DNA of 57,670 nt, from NCBI GenBank assembly GCA_964469935.1, contig CAYXZQ010000005.1:1-57670 (forward strand), written 5' to 3'. Position 1 is the stretch's first letter, and each line of letters starts with the position of its first letter. The stretch comes from an uncultured Methanosarcinales archaeon (lineage in GTDB: Archaea; Nanobdellota; Nanobdellia; Woesearchaeales; DSVV01). The notes beneath the pieces are model-generated. The model had not been told where the DNA came from. It made no database searches and saw nothing but the letters and a program-made list of their open reading frames with translations. The translations under genes were made by a program, and so were the position numbers. Shown piece after piece: positions 9,864-18,043 of this stretch.

Positions 9864-10384
9864 GCATAGACCACCATGTTCACTATCGACCTGTTGTAGA
9901 CCAGTATCCTTGTGAGGCCCGCAAGATTGTTATGGCTGACCCCGCCCATGCTAACAGCGCCTCCTGGCCCTGGTTCAGTCCTGGGATTGCCCACATACCA
10001 TATCCCGCTGAGATTGGCAGGCAGCCCGTCTTTGCCTGTGAAGAAGACTGCGAAATCGCTCTTAATGCCGAACCTGCTCCTGGTCCTGTTGTAATCCTCC
10101 AGGGTCATGTTCCGGAACCTGTAGAGCTTTGTGTAGTTGATGATGCTTCCGCCGTCAGTGATGCCTATCCTCTGGACGTCAGTCCTGTTCCAGCCGGGAG
10201 GGTAGCCCTGAGTCACGAGGGACTCAGAGACTATCTTCGCGTCTAGGTAGACGTTGTTTAGGTTGTTCAGCTCCTGCGACTGGACATTCGGAAGTATCTT
10301 GTAGTAGAGTACCAGGCAGAGGCTGAAGATGAATATCGCGAGGATGAAGTCCATGTACCATGTCTGCGCCCTTTTAGTTGAGAT
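9854..10384 (-). CDS. Minor pilin-like protein with class III signal peptide
   Basis: The frame upstream of the ATG at 10354 encodes ISTKRAQTWY before MDFILAIFIF, giving a KRAQ prepilin motif. The only plausible start after the in-frame stop is ATC at 10384. Confidence 0.75.
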   Translation of the reverse strand: MSTKRAQTWYMDFILAIFIFSLCLVLYYKILPNVQSQELNNLNNVYLDAKIVSESLVTQGYPPGWNRTDVQRIGITDGGSIINYTKLYRFRNMTLEDYNRTRSRFGIKSDFAVFFTGKDGLPANLSGIWYVGNPRTEPGPGGAVSMGGVSHNNLAGLTRILVYNRSIVNMVVYAWQ

Positions 10385-10760
10385 ATATCACACCCCCTTC
10401 CTTCGAGATGTTGTTTTCGCCCTTGCGTATTGAGCCTACGACTGGCGGGACTGCGAATTCGGCAAGCTGATGGGTCTTTTCAGACTGTAGCACCAGATAG
10501 CCCCCTGATATCGTTATGTTGTACCTTACCCCGTCGTGGGTCTCGGGCACCTTGAACTGCCTGAAGTATCCGTCCTTCACTCCGGCTGCAAGAAAGAACT
10601 CGTTCTGGACAGAGTATCCCACGTCCCTTATGGAATTGAACTCCTTCTCCATGGTGAGCGACTGCATGTCGTCGGAGATGGCGTAAAGGAAAATCAGGAG
10701 GAAAATCATCCCCATGCCTAGAAGTATCAAGAACTCGTTTGCAACCTGCCCTTTCTTCAT
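10374..10760 (-). CDS. Pilin-like protein with class III signal peptide
   Basis: MKKG|QVANEFLILLG with Glu at +5. Confidence 0.85.
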   Translation of the reverse strand: MKKGQVANEFLILLGMGMIFLLIFLYAISDDMQSLTMEKEFNSIRDVGYSVQNEFFLAAGVKDGYFRQFKVPETHDGVRYNITISGGYLVLQSEKTHQLAEFAVPPVVGSIRKGENNISKEGGVIYLN

Positions 10761-10801
10761 TTTCCCCTTTTTTATCGGCGATGACGCCCCTCCCGTTCCG
10801 C

Positions 10802-11218
10802 TCAGGATCTGGTCGAGATGTTCACGGCATAGTCGTCAGCCGTAATCTCGATGTAATGTATGCCCGGCCTTGCAGACAGGCTTCCCGTCAGGTTCACTGT
10901 CGAGGATTCAGCAGATATGTCCGACATGCCGATGCTTGTCTTCATGAGGAAATCCACGGACTGCGGCGATATCGTGATGTTCTGCACCTCATCAGGGATG
11001 TATACCTTAAGGGTCGTCTTGGAAGGCTTTCCCAGGTAGTAGACTGTCTCTGCTGAATCGACGATTTTTCTCGCTATGTCGTAGGCCTGCTTTTCGTTGA
11101 CCTGGTCCCTTGCAGTCATGCCCTGTGTCCCGTATATTACGAACAGGGGAATAATCATGAGCAGGGCGAATCCCACGACCAGCATGTACTCCATAGCGAC
11201 CTGGGAGCGTTTGGCCAT
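10802..11218 (-). CDS. Pilin-like protein with class III signal peptide
   Basis: MAKRS|QVAMEYMLVVG; start moved to the ATG at 11218, downstream of a TTTAAATA box. Confidence 0.85.
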   Translation of the reverse strand: MAKRSQVAMEYMLVVGFALLMIIPLFVIYGTQGMTARDQVNEKQAYDIARKIVDSAETVYYLGKPSKTTLKVYIPDEVQNITISPQSVDFLMKTSIGMSDISAESSTVNLTGSLSARPGIHYIEITADDYAVNISTRS

Positions 11219-11297
11219 GGTCCTATTACTCAAACTATTCATATTTAAAGTTATGCCTGCGATTGTAACTATTTAAGAATGAATTTTCATGATGGAG

Positions 11298-11795
11298 CTA
11301 CCCTGTTTCATCCCTTCTTGCAAGTATCTTCCTGACCTTTCTCCAATGCTCTTCAGCTACGATATATCCAATGCAGTTTTTTGAGCCGCATCTGCAGGGA
11401 TGGTCCTCGAATTCATCAGGCCCATAGCCATAGTTGTAGGATATCTCTTCGCCTTTTTTGATGTCCCTGAGCGCGGTTATCCAGATATGGCCCCTGATTA
11501 TCTCTGTCTCGCAGTTCGGGTCGCAGGAGTGGTTGATGAACCTCGCTGTGTTGTACGGGACTTTGCCGTCGATGTCATGCCTCTTGTTAAGCTCGAATAT
11601 GTAGACTGCCCCGTTGTTCTCGTCGGCATTGCCGATCGTCTCAGTCACCCTGTCCTCTGCCTCTTTTTTCGTCACTTTCTCTCCGACATACTCAATTACC
11701 CTTGCCCCTTTAGGTATGTCTTTTCTTGCGAACACGCCCCTGTTGTGGATGCTGGACTTCCTCACGATGATGTAGGGAGATGTCGTCGGCTTCAT
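11298..11795 (-). CDS. SET-domain protein-lysine methyltransferase
   Basis: SSIHNRGVFA, EYVGE, ARFINHSCDPN, GEEISYNY and post-SET CRCGSKNC. Confidence 0.95.
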   Translation of the reverse strand: MKPTTSPYIIVRKSSIHNRGVFARKDIPKGARVIEYVGEKVTKKEAEDRVTETIGNADENNGAVYIFELNKRHDIDGKVPYNTARFINHSCDPNCETEIIRGHIWITALRDIKKGEEISYNYGYGPDEFEDHPCRCGSKNCIGYIVAEEHWRKVRKILARRDETG

Positions 11796-11926
11796 GCCTC
11801 AGCCTCATTTTGAGCTCATTTTTATACTTTTGCAATCAGCCACAGCGGGAAATCCCATCTGAAAACAAAACATTTATCAGTAAGGTGGTCATTAACATCG
11901 TAATAAAAGCACCCTGAGGTGGGAAA

Positions 11927-12385
11927 ATGAAAAAAGGGTTCGGAAGGATGTGGGAACTGGCAGAGATTCCCGCATACATATTCATAGTCTGGATAGTTCT
12001 GTCTGTATTAGTTGCCGGCATGGGCATGGTGACCTCCATAATCTGGTCGATTATTGGATACGTTGTTTTCATAGGGGTTTTCGGATACATCGGATACATT
12101 GTTAAGCAGTCGGGCGAGACAACCGGATACGCAGCGAAGACAGGGGCTTTCATAGGAGTGATTGGCGGTCTTGTCGCAGCGGTCCTGGCAATCATCAGCT
12201 TCTATTATTTTCCAGCAATCTTCACAGAGACAATAAACAAGGCAGTCGCCCAGGGTGCGCCGGCTGATACCATTAAGACCATGGTTGCGATCGGAGTCTA
12301 CGCAGGCATCGTCATCGACCCGATTATCTATGCCCTCTTCGGTGCTGCCTTATCCGCTATAGGGTCCCTGTTAGTGAAGAAGTGA
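11927..12385 (+). CDS. Hypothetical membrane protein (about 4 TM segments)
   Basis: GAGGTG Shine-Dalgarno upstream; four hydrophobic stretches. Confidence 0.75.
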   Translation: MKKGFGRMWELAEIPAYIFIVWIVLSVLVAGMGMVTSIIWSIIGYVVFIGVFGYIGYIVKQSGETTGYAAKTGAFIGVIGGLVAAVLAIISFYYFPAIFTETINKAVAQGAPADTIKTMVAIGVYAGIVIDPIIYALFGAALSAIGSLLVKK

Positions 12386-12435
12386 GGCGCGGCATATGGT
12401 TGCATGGGCTCACATTTAGAGATGCCTGCATCAAC

Positions 12436-13563
12436 ATGGAAAAACTAAAGGTTGCGATCGAAAGGTGCATTGATTACGCTGATGCTGAGAGGGCTGTGGG
12501 CTCCTGCCTGGACAGGCTCGGCGGCATCAAGAATTTCGTCAGCAGTGGGGACAGGGTGCTTCTGAAGATAAACCAGCTTTCTGCGAAAAGCCCTGATGAG
12601 GCAGTGACTACCCACCCGCTTTTTCTCGCTGCTGTCGCAAAAGAGATAAGAAGGGCGGGGGCAGAGCCTTCTGTAGGCGACAGTCCCGGGCTCCATTCCC
12701 TGGAGGCTGTCGCGAAAAAGAGCGGCATCCTGGACATATGCAGGGAGCATAAGATACCCCTGGTCGAGCTTGACGAGCCGATTGAGGTTAAGGCATCGGG
12801 AAAGATATCGAAATCGTTCAGGCTTTCGGCCAGGCTGAAGGAGTTTGATGCCATAATCAACCTTCCCAAGCTCAAGACCCATTCCCTGACAGGCCTGACA
12901 TGCGCAGTCAAGAACCTGTTTGGCTGCATACCCGGCAAGATCAAGGGTACTTATCACCTCAGGTTCCAGGATCCTGTGCTTTTCTCAGAGATGCTTCTTG
13001 ACCTGCATGACGCTGTCCGTCCAGCCCTGACAATCGTTGACGGGATAGTCGGGATGGAGGGCTCCGGCCCTGCAGCAGGCAGTCCGCGCAACATCAATGT
13101 GGTGATTGCCGGTGAGAACGCTGTCGCAGTCGACACTGTGGCCATGAATGTCGTCGGGATGATAGAGTCCGAGGTCCATACAGTCTCATGCGCGAAGAGA
13201 AGGAAAATCTCTGGCTCTGACCTGAGGGACATAGAAGTGGTCGGCAACAGCATCACTGAAGTCCGTGTCAAGGGCTTCAGGCGACCGGAAAACATCATGC
13301 AGAAGATGCCGCCTTCCCTATCAAGGCTCGTCAGGGGAATCTTCACGGCAAGGCCGGTGGTAGTGAAGACGAAGTGCATCAGCTGCGGAAACTGCAAGAA
13401 GATATGCCCGGCAGGCGCGATAACAATGCCAGAAAAATTTCCGAGGTTCGATTACAGAAAATGCATAAGGTGCTATTGCTGCCATGAGATATGCCCCGAG
13501 AAGGCTATCCCCCTGAAGCGGGGACTGATTGCAGGCCTGATGTCAAGACTGCTTCGGGCCTGA
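12436..13563 (+). CDS. DUF362 family protein with C-terminal 2x[4Fe-4S] ferredoxin domain
   Basis: VLLKIN...AVTTHP, INLPKLKTH, AVKNLFGC, MEGSGP; C-terminal CISCGNCKKICP and CIRCYCCHEICP. Confidence 0.9.
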   Translation: MEKLKVAIERCIDYADAERAVGSCLDRLGGIKNFVSSGDRVLLKINQLSAKSPDEAVTTHPLFLAAVAKEIRRAGAEPSVGDSPGLHSLEAVAKKSGILDICREHKIPLVELDEPIEVKASGKISKSFRLSARLKEFDAIINLPKLKTHSLTGLTCAVKNLFGCIPGKIKGTYHLRFQDPVLFSEMLLDLHDAVRPALTIVDGIVGMEGSGPAAGSPRNINVVIAGENAVAVDTVAMNVVGMIESEVHTVSCAKRRKISGSDLRDIEVVGNSITEVRVKGFRRPENIMQKMPPSLSRLVRGIFTARPVVVKTKCISCGNCKKICPAGAITMPEKFPRFDYRKCIRCYCCHEICPEKAIPLKRGLIAGLMSRLLRA

Positions 13564-13608
13564 AAAATATAATTAAGAAAATGTATAATTAAGAAAAAAA
13601 TAAGAATT

Positions 13609-13956
13609 TCAGAAAGTGAAATTCTTGGCAAACTGCCCGATTATCGGTATCTCTTTCTCCTTGCCGTTGATGGCATTTATGAGCCCGATGAGCCACAGGA
13701 TGAAGAGCCCGATCGAGGCTAGCCACACCACTATCAGGAAAAGCCAGCCTATGAAAGGGATAGCAAAAAGCACCATCTCAACAATCCAGAGCACGACCCA
13801 CGCGACAAGAAGGACCAGGCCCTGCTTGGCATGGAATTTAGCGTAAGTGTTCTTCCTCATGTTCTCATCAGCAAAATACCAGATAATGCCTACAAGGAAA
13901 TACGAAAGTATCGCACAAACCCTGCCTTTTTCCACATCTTCCTGAACCATGTTCAT
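13609..13956 (-). CDS. DUF4870-like small membrane protein
   Basis: AILSY...KFHAKQGL...GLINAINGKEKEIPIIG; GGAGGG upstream of the ATG at 13956. Confidence 0.8.
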   Translation of the reverse strand: MNMVQEDVEKGRVCAILSYFLVGIIWYFADENMRKNTYAKFHAKQGLVLLVAWVVLWIVEMVLFAIPFIGWLFLIVVWLASIGLFILWLIGLINAINGKEKEIPIIGQFAKNFTF

Positions 13957-14058
13957 CCCCCTCCCTTTTCTTTTACTCCGTTTTTCAAGAATATTTCTAT
14001 ATGAATCGGTCTGCAATCAGATTATTTAAATTTTGTTATTAACTCTTAAAATCTCCGG

Positions 14059-14787
14059 TTAAATACTGCCAATCTGCTCTTTCCATATCCTGACTGCGTT
14101 CTCTTTCGTGTCAGAGACCGTCCTCGGCGGGTTCGTGTCGAGATAGACCACTTTCGACTTGAAGTTGAAAAACAGCTTCCTCAACCAGTCAGACTCGTAT
14201 CTCTCCTCCACGCTCCTCTGGAAGGCGAGGTTCTCGAATATCGCATGGTCCTTCTTTCCCCTGTCGCTCAGGCGCTTGATGACGACCGCTGGCTCGACCT
14301 TGAGTATTATGAGCAGGTCAGGTGCATTCTTGAGCGCGAGCCTGTTTCCCGGCAGGTTCATTATGTCCTTGAGGCTCATCCTCTCCTGCTGGATCGGCTG
14401 GTAGACTATGGATGTCACAACACCCCGCTCCTGCAGGATTATCTTGCCTGCAGCCCTCGCAGGTATCAGGAGCTTCTTGTACAGAATCTCCCTGTCGAGC
14501 GAGAATGCATGGGCCGTAGTCAGGGCTGAGTATTTCCTGTTGTTGTCCCGGACGATCTCCTCGCGGATTACCTTGCCGACCATCGAGAATGTCGGCTCGG
14601 CAGAGCAGATGACGTCGTACTGCCGGACATCATCAAGCTCGGGTATCTCGTTCTTCTCCTTCCAGTATCTGCGGAGGTCGAAAATCTTCAGCCCCCTGCT
14701 TTCGAAATAGTCCTTGAGGGAATCTATGACTACTCCCTTGCCCCCTCCGTCCAGGCCGTCCACCATCAGAAACTTCCCGTCAGCCAT
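14059..14787 (-). CDS. tmk: Thymidylate kinase
   Basis: P-loop DGLDGGGKG, AEPT, FSLDR, ERG..TSIVYQ, PDLLI; lies in a thyA/folA neighbourhood. Confidence 0.85.
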   Translation of the reverse strand: MADGKFLMVDGLDGGGKGVVIDSLKDYFESRGLKIFDLRRYWKEKNEIPELDDVRQYDVICSAEPTFSMVGKVIREEIVRDNNRKYSALTTAHAFSLDREILYKKLLIPARAAGKIILQERGVVTSIVYQPIQQERMSLKDIMNLPGNRLALKNAPDLLIILKVEPAVVIKRLSDRGKKDHAIFENLAFQRSVEERYESDWLRKLFFNFKSKVVYLDTNPPRTVSDTKENAVRIWKEQIGSI

Positions 14788-14862
14788 GGGAATGGGGTTT
14801 GATGGTGAATTTATAAGGTTTTGGAAAAATGAGAGGGCAATCAGAAGGCAGGCGGCAACTTT

Positions 14863-15858
14863 TCATCTCGCATTGCCTGTATCTGTCTCGAACAGGTACA
14901 TCGGCAGGTAGGACCTCTTGTAATAGGTGAAGAAGTCTATGAGGTTGAAGCTCTCGATGAGGTCGCGGAATTCCCGCCTCATGCGCATGATTATGGCCCT
15001 GGTCCTCACAGAGCCCTCGGCCTCTATGTCGACTTCCAGGTCCCAGTCCCCGACAGTCTTGTTCGCCTGCACGATCTCCTTTGTCTTCTGGAGGTGCTCG
15101 TTGAGCTCCTTCTCGCGCTCTGCGCTGATGTTGTGCAGCCGCAAGAAAAGCCTGCACTTGTTGAGTCCCAGTGTGTCGGTGTCGAGTATGCTCTTGTAGC
15201 CCTTGATGACGTTTCTCTCCTCCAGGCCTGTCAGGACTGATTTTGCTGTCTTTATGTTGAGGCCGGACCTCTTTGCAAGCTCTGTCAGCCTCAGCTTCGG
15301 CTCGGCCAGGATGTTCTTTATCACCGCTTTTTCGTTAGGGCTGAAGTCTGCAAGCTCCCTGTCCCCGCCGATGATGACCTCTATGTTGGATGCCTCATGG
15401 CTGTTCGTGGTCAGCATAAAATTCCTCGGGAATAGGTATGATACGAGATTGAGGATTATCTTGTAGTCGTTGAGCGTGGGGAATATCTGCACTATCTTCT
15501 TGAGCTCCTTGTTGAATTTCGAGGGATTCGGGCAGAGGAATTCTGCGACGAGGTCGAACTCCCCTGTCAGCTCGTAGGTGGTGGTCACATACGGGTTTGA
15601 ATTGAGCTGGTTGAGTATCCTCTGCTTGTCGTTCTCGCTGATGTAGCCTCCTTTGAAATACACCCTGAAGAGGATAAGCCCGAAGTAGGAATAGTCGAAC
15701 ACGCAGAAAGGCTCCTTTATGATGCCGCTCTTTCCGAGGACAGAGATTGAATATTTAAGCCGCTGGGGGCTCTTTTTGAGACGGTTGGACATTTCCCTGA
15801 GGCCCATTCTTGAATTTTCTGTAACCATGTAGAGTAACTCGTAATCGTATTTTGCCAT
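14863..15858 (-). CDS. Tandem (double) Lrp/AsnC-family transcriptional regulator
   Basis: Two HTH plus RAM-like repeats (ELTGEFDL and KTVGDWDL). Confidence 0.85.
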   Translation of the reverse strand: MAKYDYELLYMVTENSRMGLREMSNRLKKSPQRLKYSISVLGKSGIIKEPFCVFDYSYFGLILFRVYFKGGYISENDKQRILNQLNSNPYVTTTYELTGEFDLVAEFLCPNPSKFNKELKKIVQIFPTLNDYKIILNLVSYLFPRNFMLTTNSHEASNIEVIIGGDRELADFSPNEKAVIKNILAEPKLRLTELAKRSGLNIKTAKSVLTGLEERNVIKGYKSILDTDTLGLNKCRLFLRLHNISAEREKELNEHLQKTKEIVQANKTVGDWDLEVDIEAEGSVRTRAIIMRMRREFRDLIESFNLIDFFTYYKRSYLPMYLFETDTGNAR

Positions 15859-15968
15859 TTTTTGGCATATATTTTTATTTATTAATAAATTTTTGCATTT
15901 TTTTGGAAAAAAATAAAAAACAATCATGGATAACTATAAATATAGGTAAATGTATATTAGTAGGTATC

Positions 15969-16616
15969 ATGTGTTTTGCTGATGATATTGAAGGAAGAGT
16001 AATGGGCTATGATGCTGATGGACCTGCGCCTGAAATAGTCGAGACCCTGATAGAAAAGCTCAACAAGGTCAAGTACGAGTTCAATGAGAGAAGGAAGAAA
16101 AGCCATGACTGGGATCCTGAGAAAAAATGCGGGGCAATGGTCGTAGTCGGCTACAGCCCGGATTCACATTCCGAGTATATCAAATATCTCAATGAAGACG
16201 TGATAGGTCCTGTCTATAAGCAGAATCCCGAGAGGACCCACATAAGCAATCCAGAGGCGCTTGACCTGCTCATGACCGCTGCGACAGAGACCGACGGGGC
16301 GATTCTGATGGATACTGAAGGTTATCTCCTTGCAAGCGGCTATGTGATCACAAACCTGTCTCTGGACGATATCGCTGTAGAGATGGGCAGGCCGAACAGC
16401 AGGCCTCTCTGGCAGAGATACAATTTCTCTTCAAAGGTCGGCACAAAGCACTGCTCAGCCGCGGCAGGCTCGTATGTGATGCCTGATGTCTATATCGTCA
16501 CCATGAGCGAGCAGAAGGAGGATCCTGTAATCAGGGTCCTCAAGCAGGGGCAGATAGTCAGCAGCCCCTATGATAGGGAATTGTCCCCTCCTCTTGAGAA
16601 CCTGATCCATATCTGA
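15969..16616 (+). CDS. Diadenylate cyclase (DisA_N/DAC) domain protein with a variant RHR motif
   Basis: GAMVVVG, ETDGAILMD..G, VGTKHCSAAAGS and IVTMSE follow the order of DAC motifs. Start is uncertain. Confidence 0.75.
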   Translation: MCFADDIEGRVMGYDADGPAPEIVETLIEKLNKVKYEFNERRKKSHDWDPEKKCGAMVVVGYSPDSHSEYIKYLNEDVIGPVYKQNPERTHISNPEALDLLMTAATETDGAILMDTEGYLLASGYVITNLSLDDIAVEMGRPNSRPLWQRYNFSSKVGTKHCSAAAGSYVMPDVYIVTMSEQKEDPVIRVLKQGQIVSSPYDRELSPPLENLIHI

Positions 16617-16633
16617 AAGATATCGTGTTATTT

Positions 16634-17113
16634 TCACTTTCTCTTATACGTCAAAAAAGAATACTCCTCGTGCTTTTCCTCAGAGACGAGCTTCCACACA
16701 GACAAGTCTATATCCGGAAAGAACGTGTCAGCATCCTCTATGGTCCTGTGCACCCTTGTGAGCTCTATCGTGTCCGCGTCATCCATCGCGAGCCTGTAGA
16801 CCTCGGCCCCGCCGCATATGAAGACCTTTTCGCTGTCGTCCGCCCTTTCCAGGGCCTCTTCCCAGGAATGGACGACAATGGCGCCGGACGCTTCATACTG
16901 CCTGTCAGATGTCAGCACAATATTGAGGCGTCCGGGAAGCGGCCTCGCATTATCAGGAAGGGACTCGAATGTCTTCCTGCCCATTATGCAGGGATGGCCC
17001 ATTGTCATCTTCTTGAAGCGCGAGAAATCCTCAGGTATGTGCCAGGGTATGGTCCCTCCTTTTCCGATCGCATTGTTATCGGATACGGCGACGATCAGCA
17101 CCATCTCTGACAT
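16634..17113 (-). CDS. folA: Dihydrofolate reductase
   Basis: IGKGGTIPWHIPEDF, IMGRKTFESL, PLPGRLNIVL, ICGGAEVY, DTFFP. Confidence 0.97.
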   Translation of the reverse strand: MSEMVLIVAVSDNNAIGKGGTIPWHIPEDFSRFKKMTMGHPCIMGRKTFESLPDNARPLPGRLNIVLTSDRQYEASGAIVVHSWEEALERADDSEKVFICGGAEVYRLAMDDADTIELTRVHRTIEDADTFFPDIDLSVWKLVSEEKHEEYSFLTYKRK

Positions 17114-17979
17114 CAGACAGCCACCTCGAAGCTGATTCTCGGGTGGTGGTCGTAGCCGACTACCTCTGTGTCGGTGTATTTCCAGTCGAATATCGATGTG
17201 AAGCTATTTGTCCTGACCTTGGGCAGGGGAAAGGGCTTCCTGTTGAGCTGCAGTCTCAGGCCGTCCACGTGATTGAGGTAGATGTGGGTATCGGCGAGAA
17301 AGCCGACGAGCTTCCCTTCCTTGTACCCTGTCTCTTTTGCAAGAAGGTGCAGCATCAGGCCGTAGCTCGCTATGTTGAAAGGTACACCCAGCGCGACATC
17401 GCAGGACCTCTGGTTCCAGAGCAGGTTCAGCCTTCCGTTTAGCACGGTCACCTGGAAACCGTAATGGCAGAATGGCGGGAGAACCTTGCCCACGTCCATC
17501 GGGTTCCACGCCATGCATATCATCCTCCTGTCGCTCGGGTCTTTCTTGAGGGTGTCGACGATTTTTTTGAGCTGGTCGATTCCTTTTCCCTTGGGCTTCT
17601 TGTCGAATCCCGTGTATTTTGCGCCGAAATTCCTCCACTGCCATCCGTATAGAGGCCCGAGGTCCCTCTCTTCCATCATCCTCTTCTTCGTTGCCTCGTC
17701 ATGAGCATACGGGATGATTGCCGGGCTGCACCATTCGTCCCATATGTGATTGTTGCGTTCCTGCAGCCATCTCTTGTCGGTTATGCCCTTGATGAAGAAC
17801 TCGAGCTCTGATGCGACTAGCCTCATGGGAACGCTTTTCGTGGTCACAAGCGGGAATCCGTCCGCCATGTCGTGCTCGAAGATGGCCCCGGCAATAGCGA
17901 TCGTGCCGACCCCTGTCCTGTCCTCTTTTTTCACTCCCTCGTCAAACACTTTCTGAACAATGTCAAGGTATGCCTTCAT
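17113..17979 (-). CDS. thyA: Thymidylate synthase, bacterial-type ThyA
   Basis: DRTGVGT, FPLVTTK, IWDEW, LGPLYGWQWR, PFCH, QRSCDVALGVPFN, DTHIYLNH; translationally coupled to folA. Confidence 0.97.
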   Translation of the reverse strand: MKAYLDIVQKVFDEGVKKEDRTGVGTIAIAGAIFEHDMADGFPLVTTKSVPMRLVASELEFFIKGITDKRWLQERNNHIWDEWCSPAIIPYAHDEATKKRMMEERDLGPLYGWQWRNFGAKYTGFDKKPKGKGIDQLKKIVDTLKKDPSDRRMICMAWNPMDVGKVLPPFCHYGFQVTVLNGRLNLLWNQRSCDVALGVPFNIASYGLMLHLLAKETGYKEGKLVGFLADTHIYLNHVDGLRLQLNRKPFPLPKVRTNSFTSIFDWKYTDTEVVGYDHHPRISFEVAV

Positions 17980-18043
17980 TTTCCACCCCTGCGAAAAATG
18001 GGAGAAAGGAGTAATATAAATAAGTTTTTATGCCTCAGGCTAT

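Noticed and set aside
13568-13600. TATAATTAAGAAAA direct repeat
   Set aside because: Short AT-rich duplication between convergent genes, most simply a terminator region.
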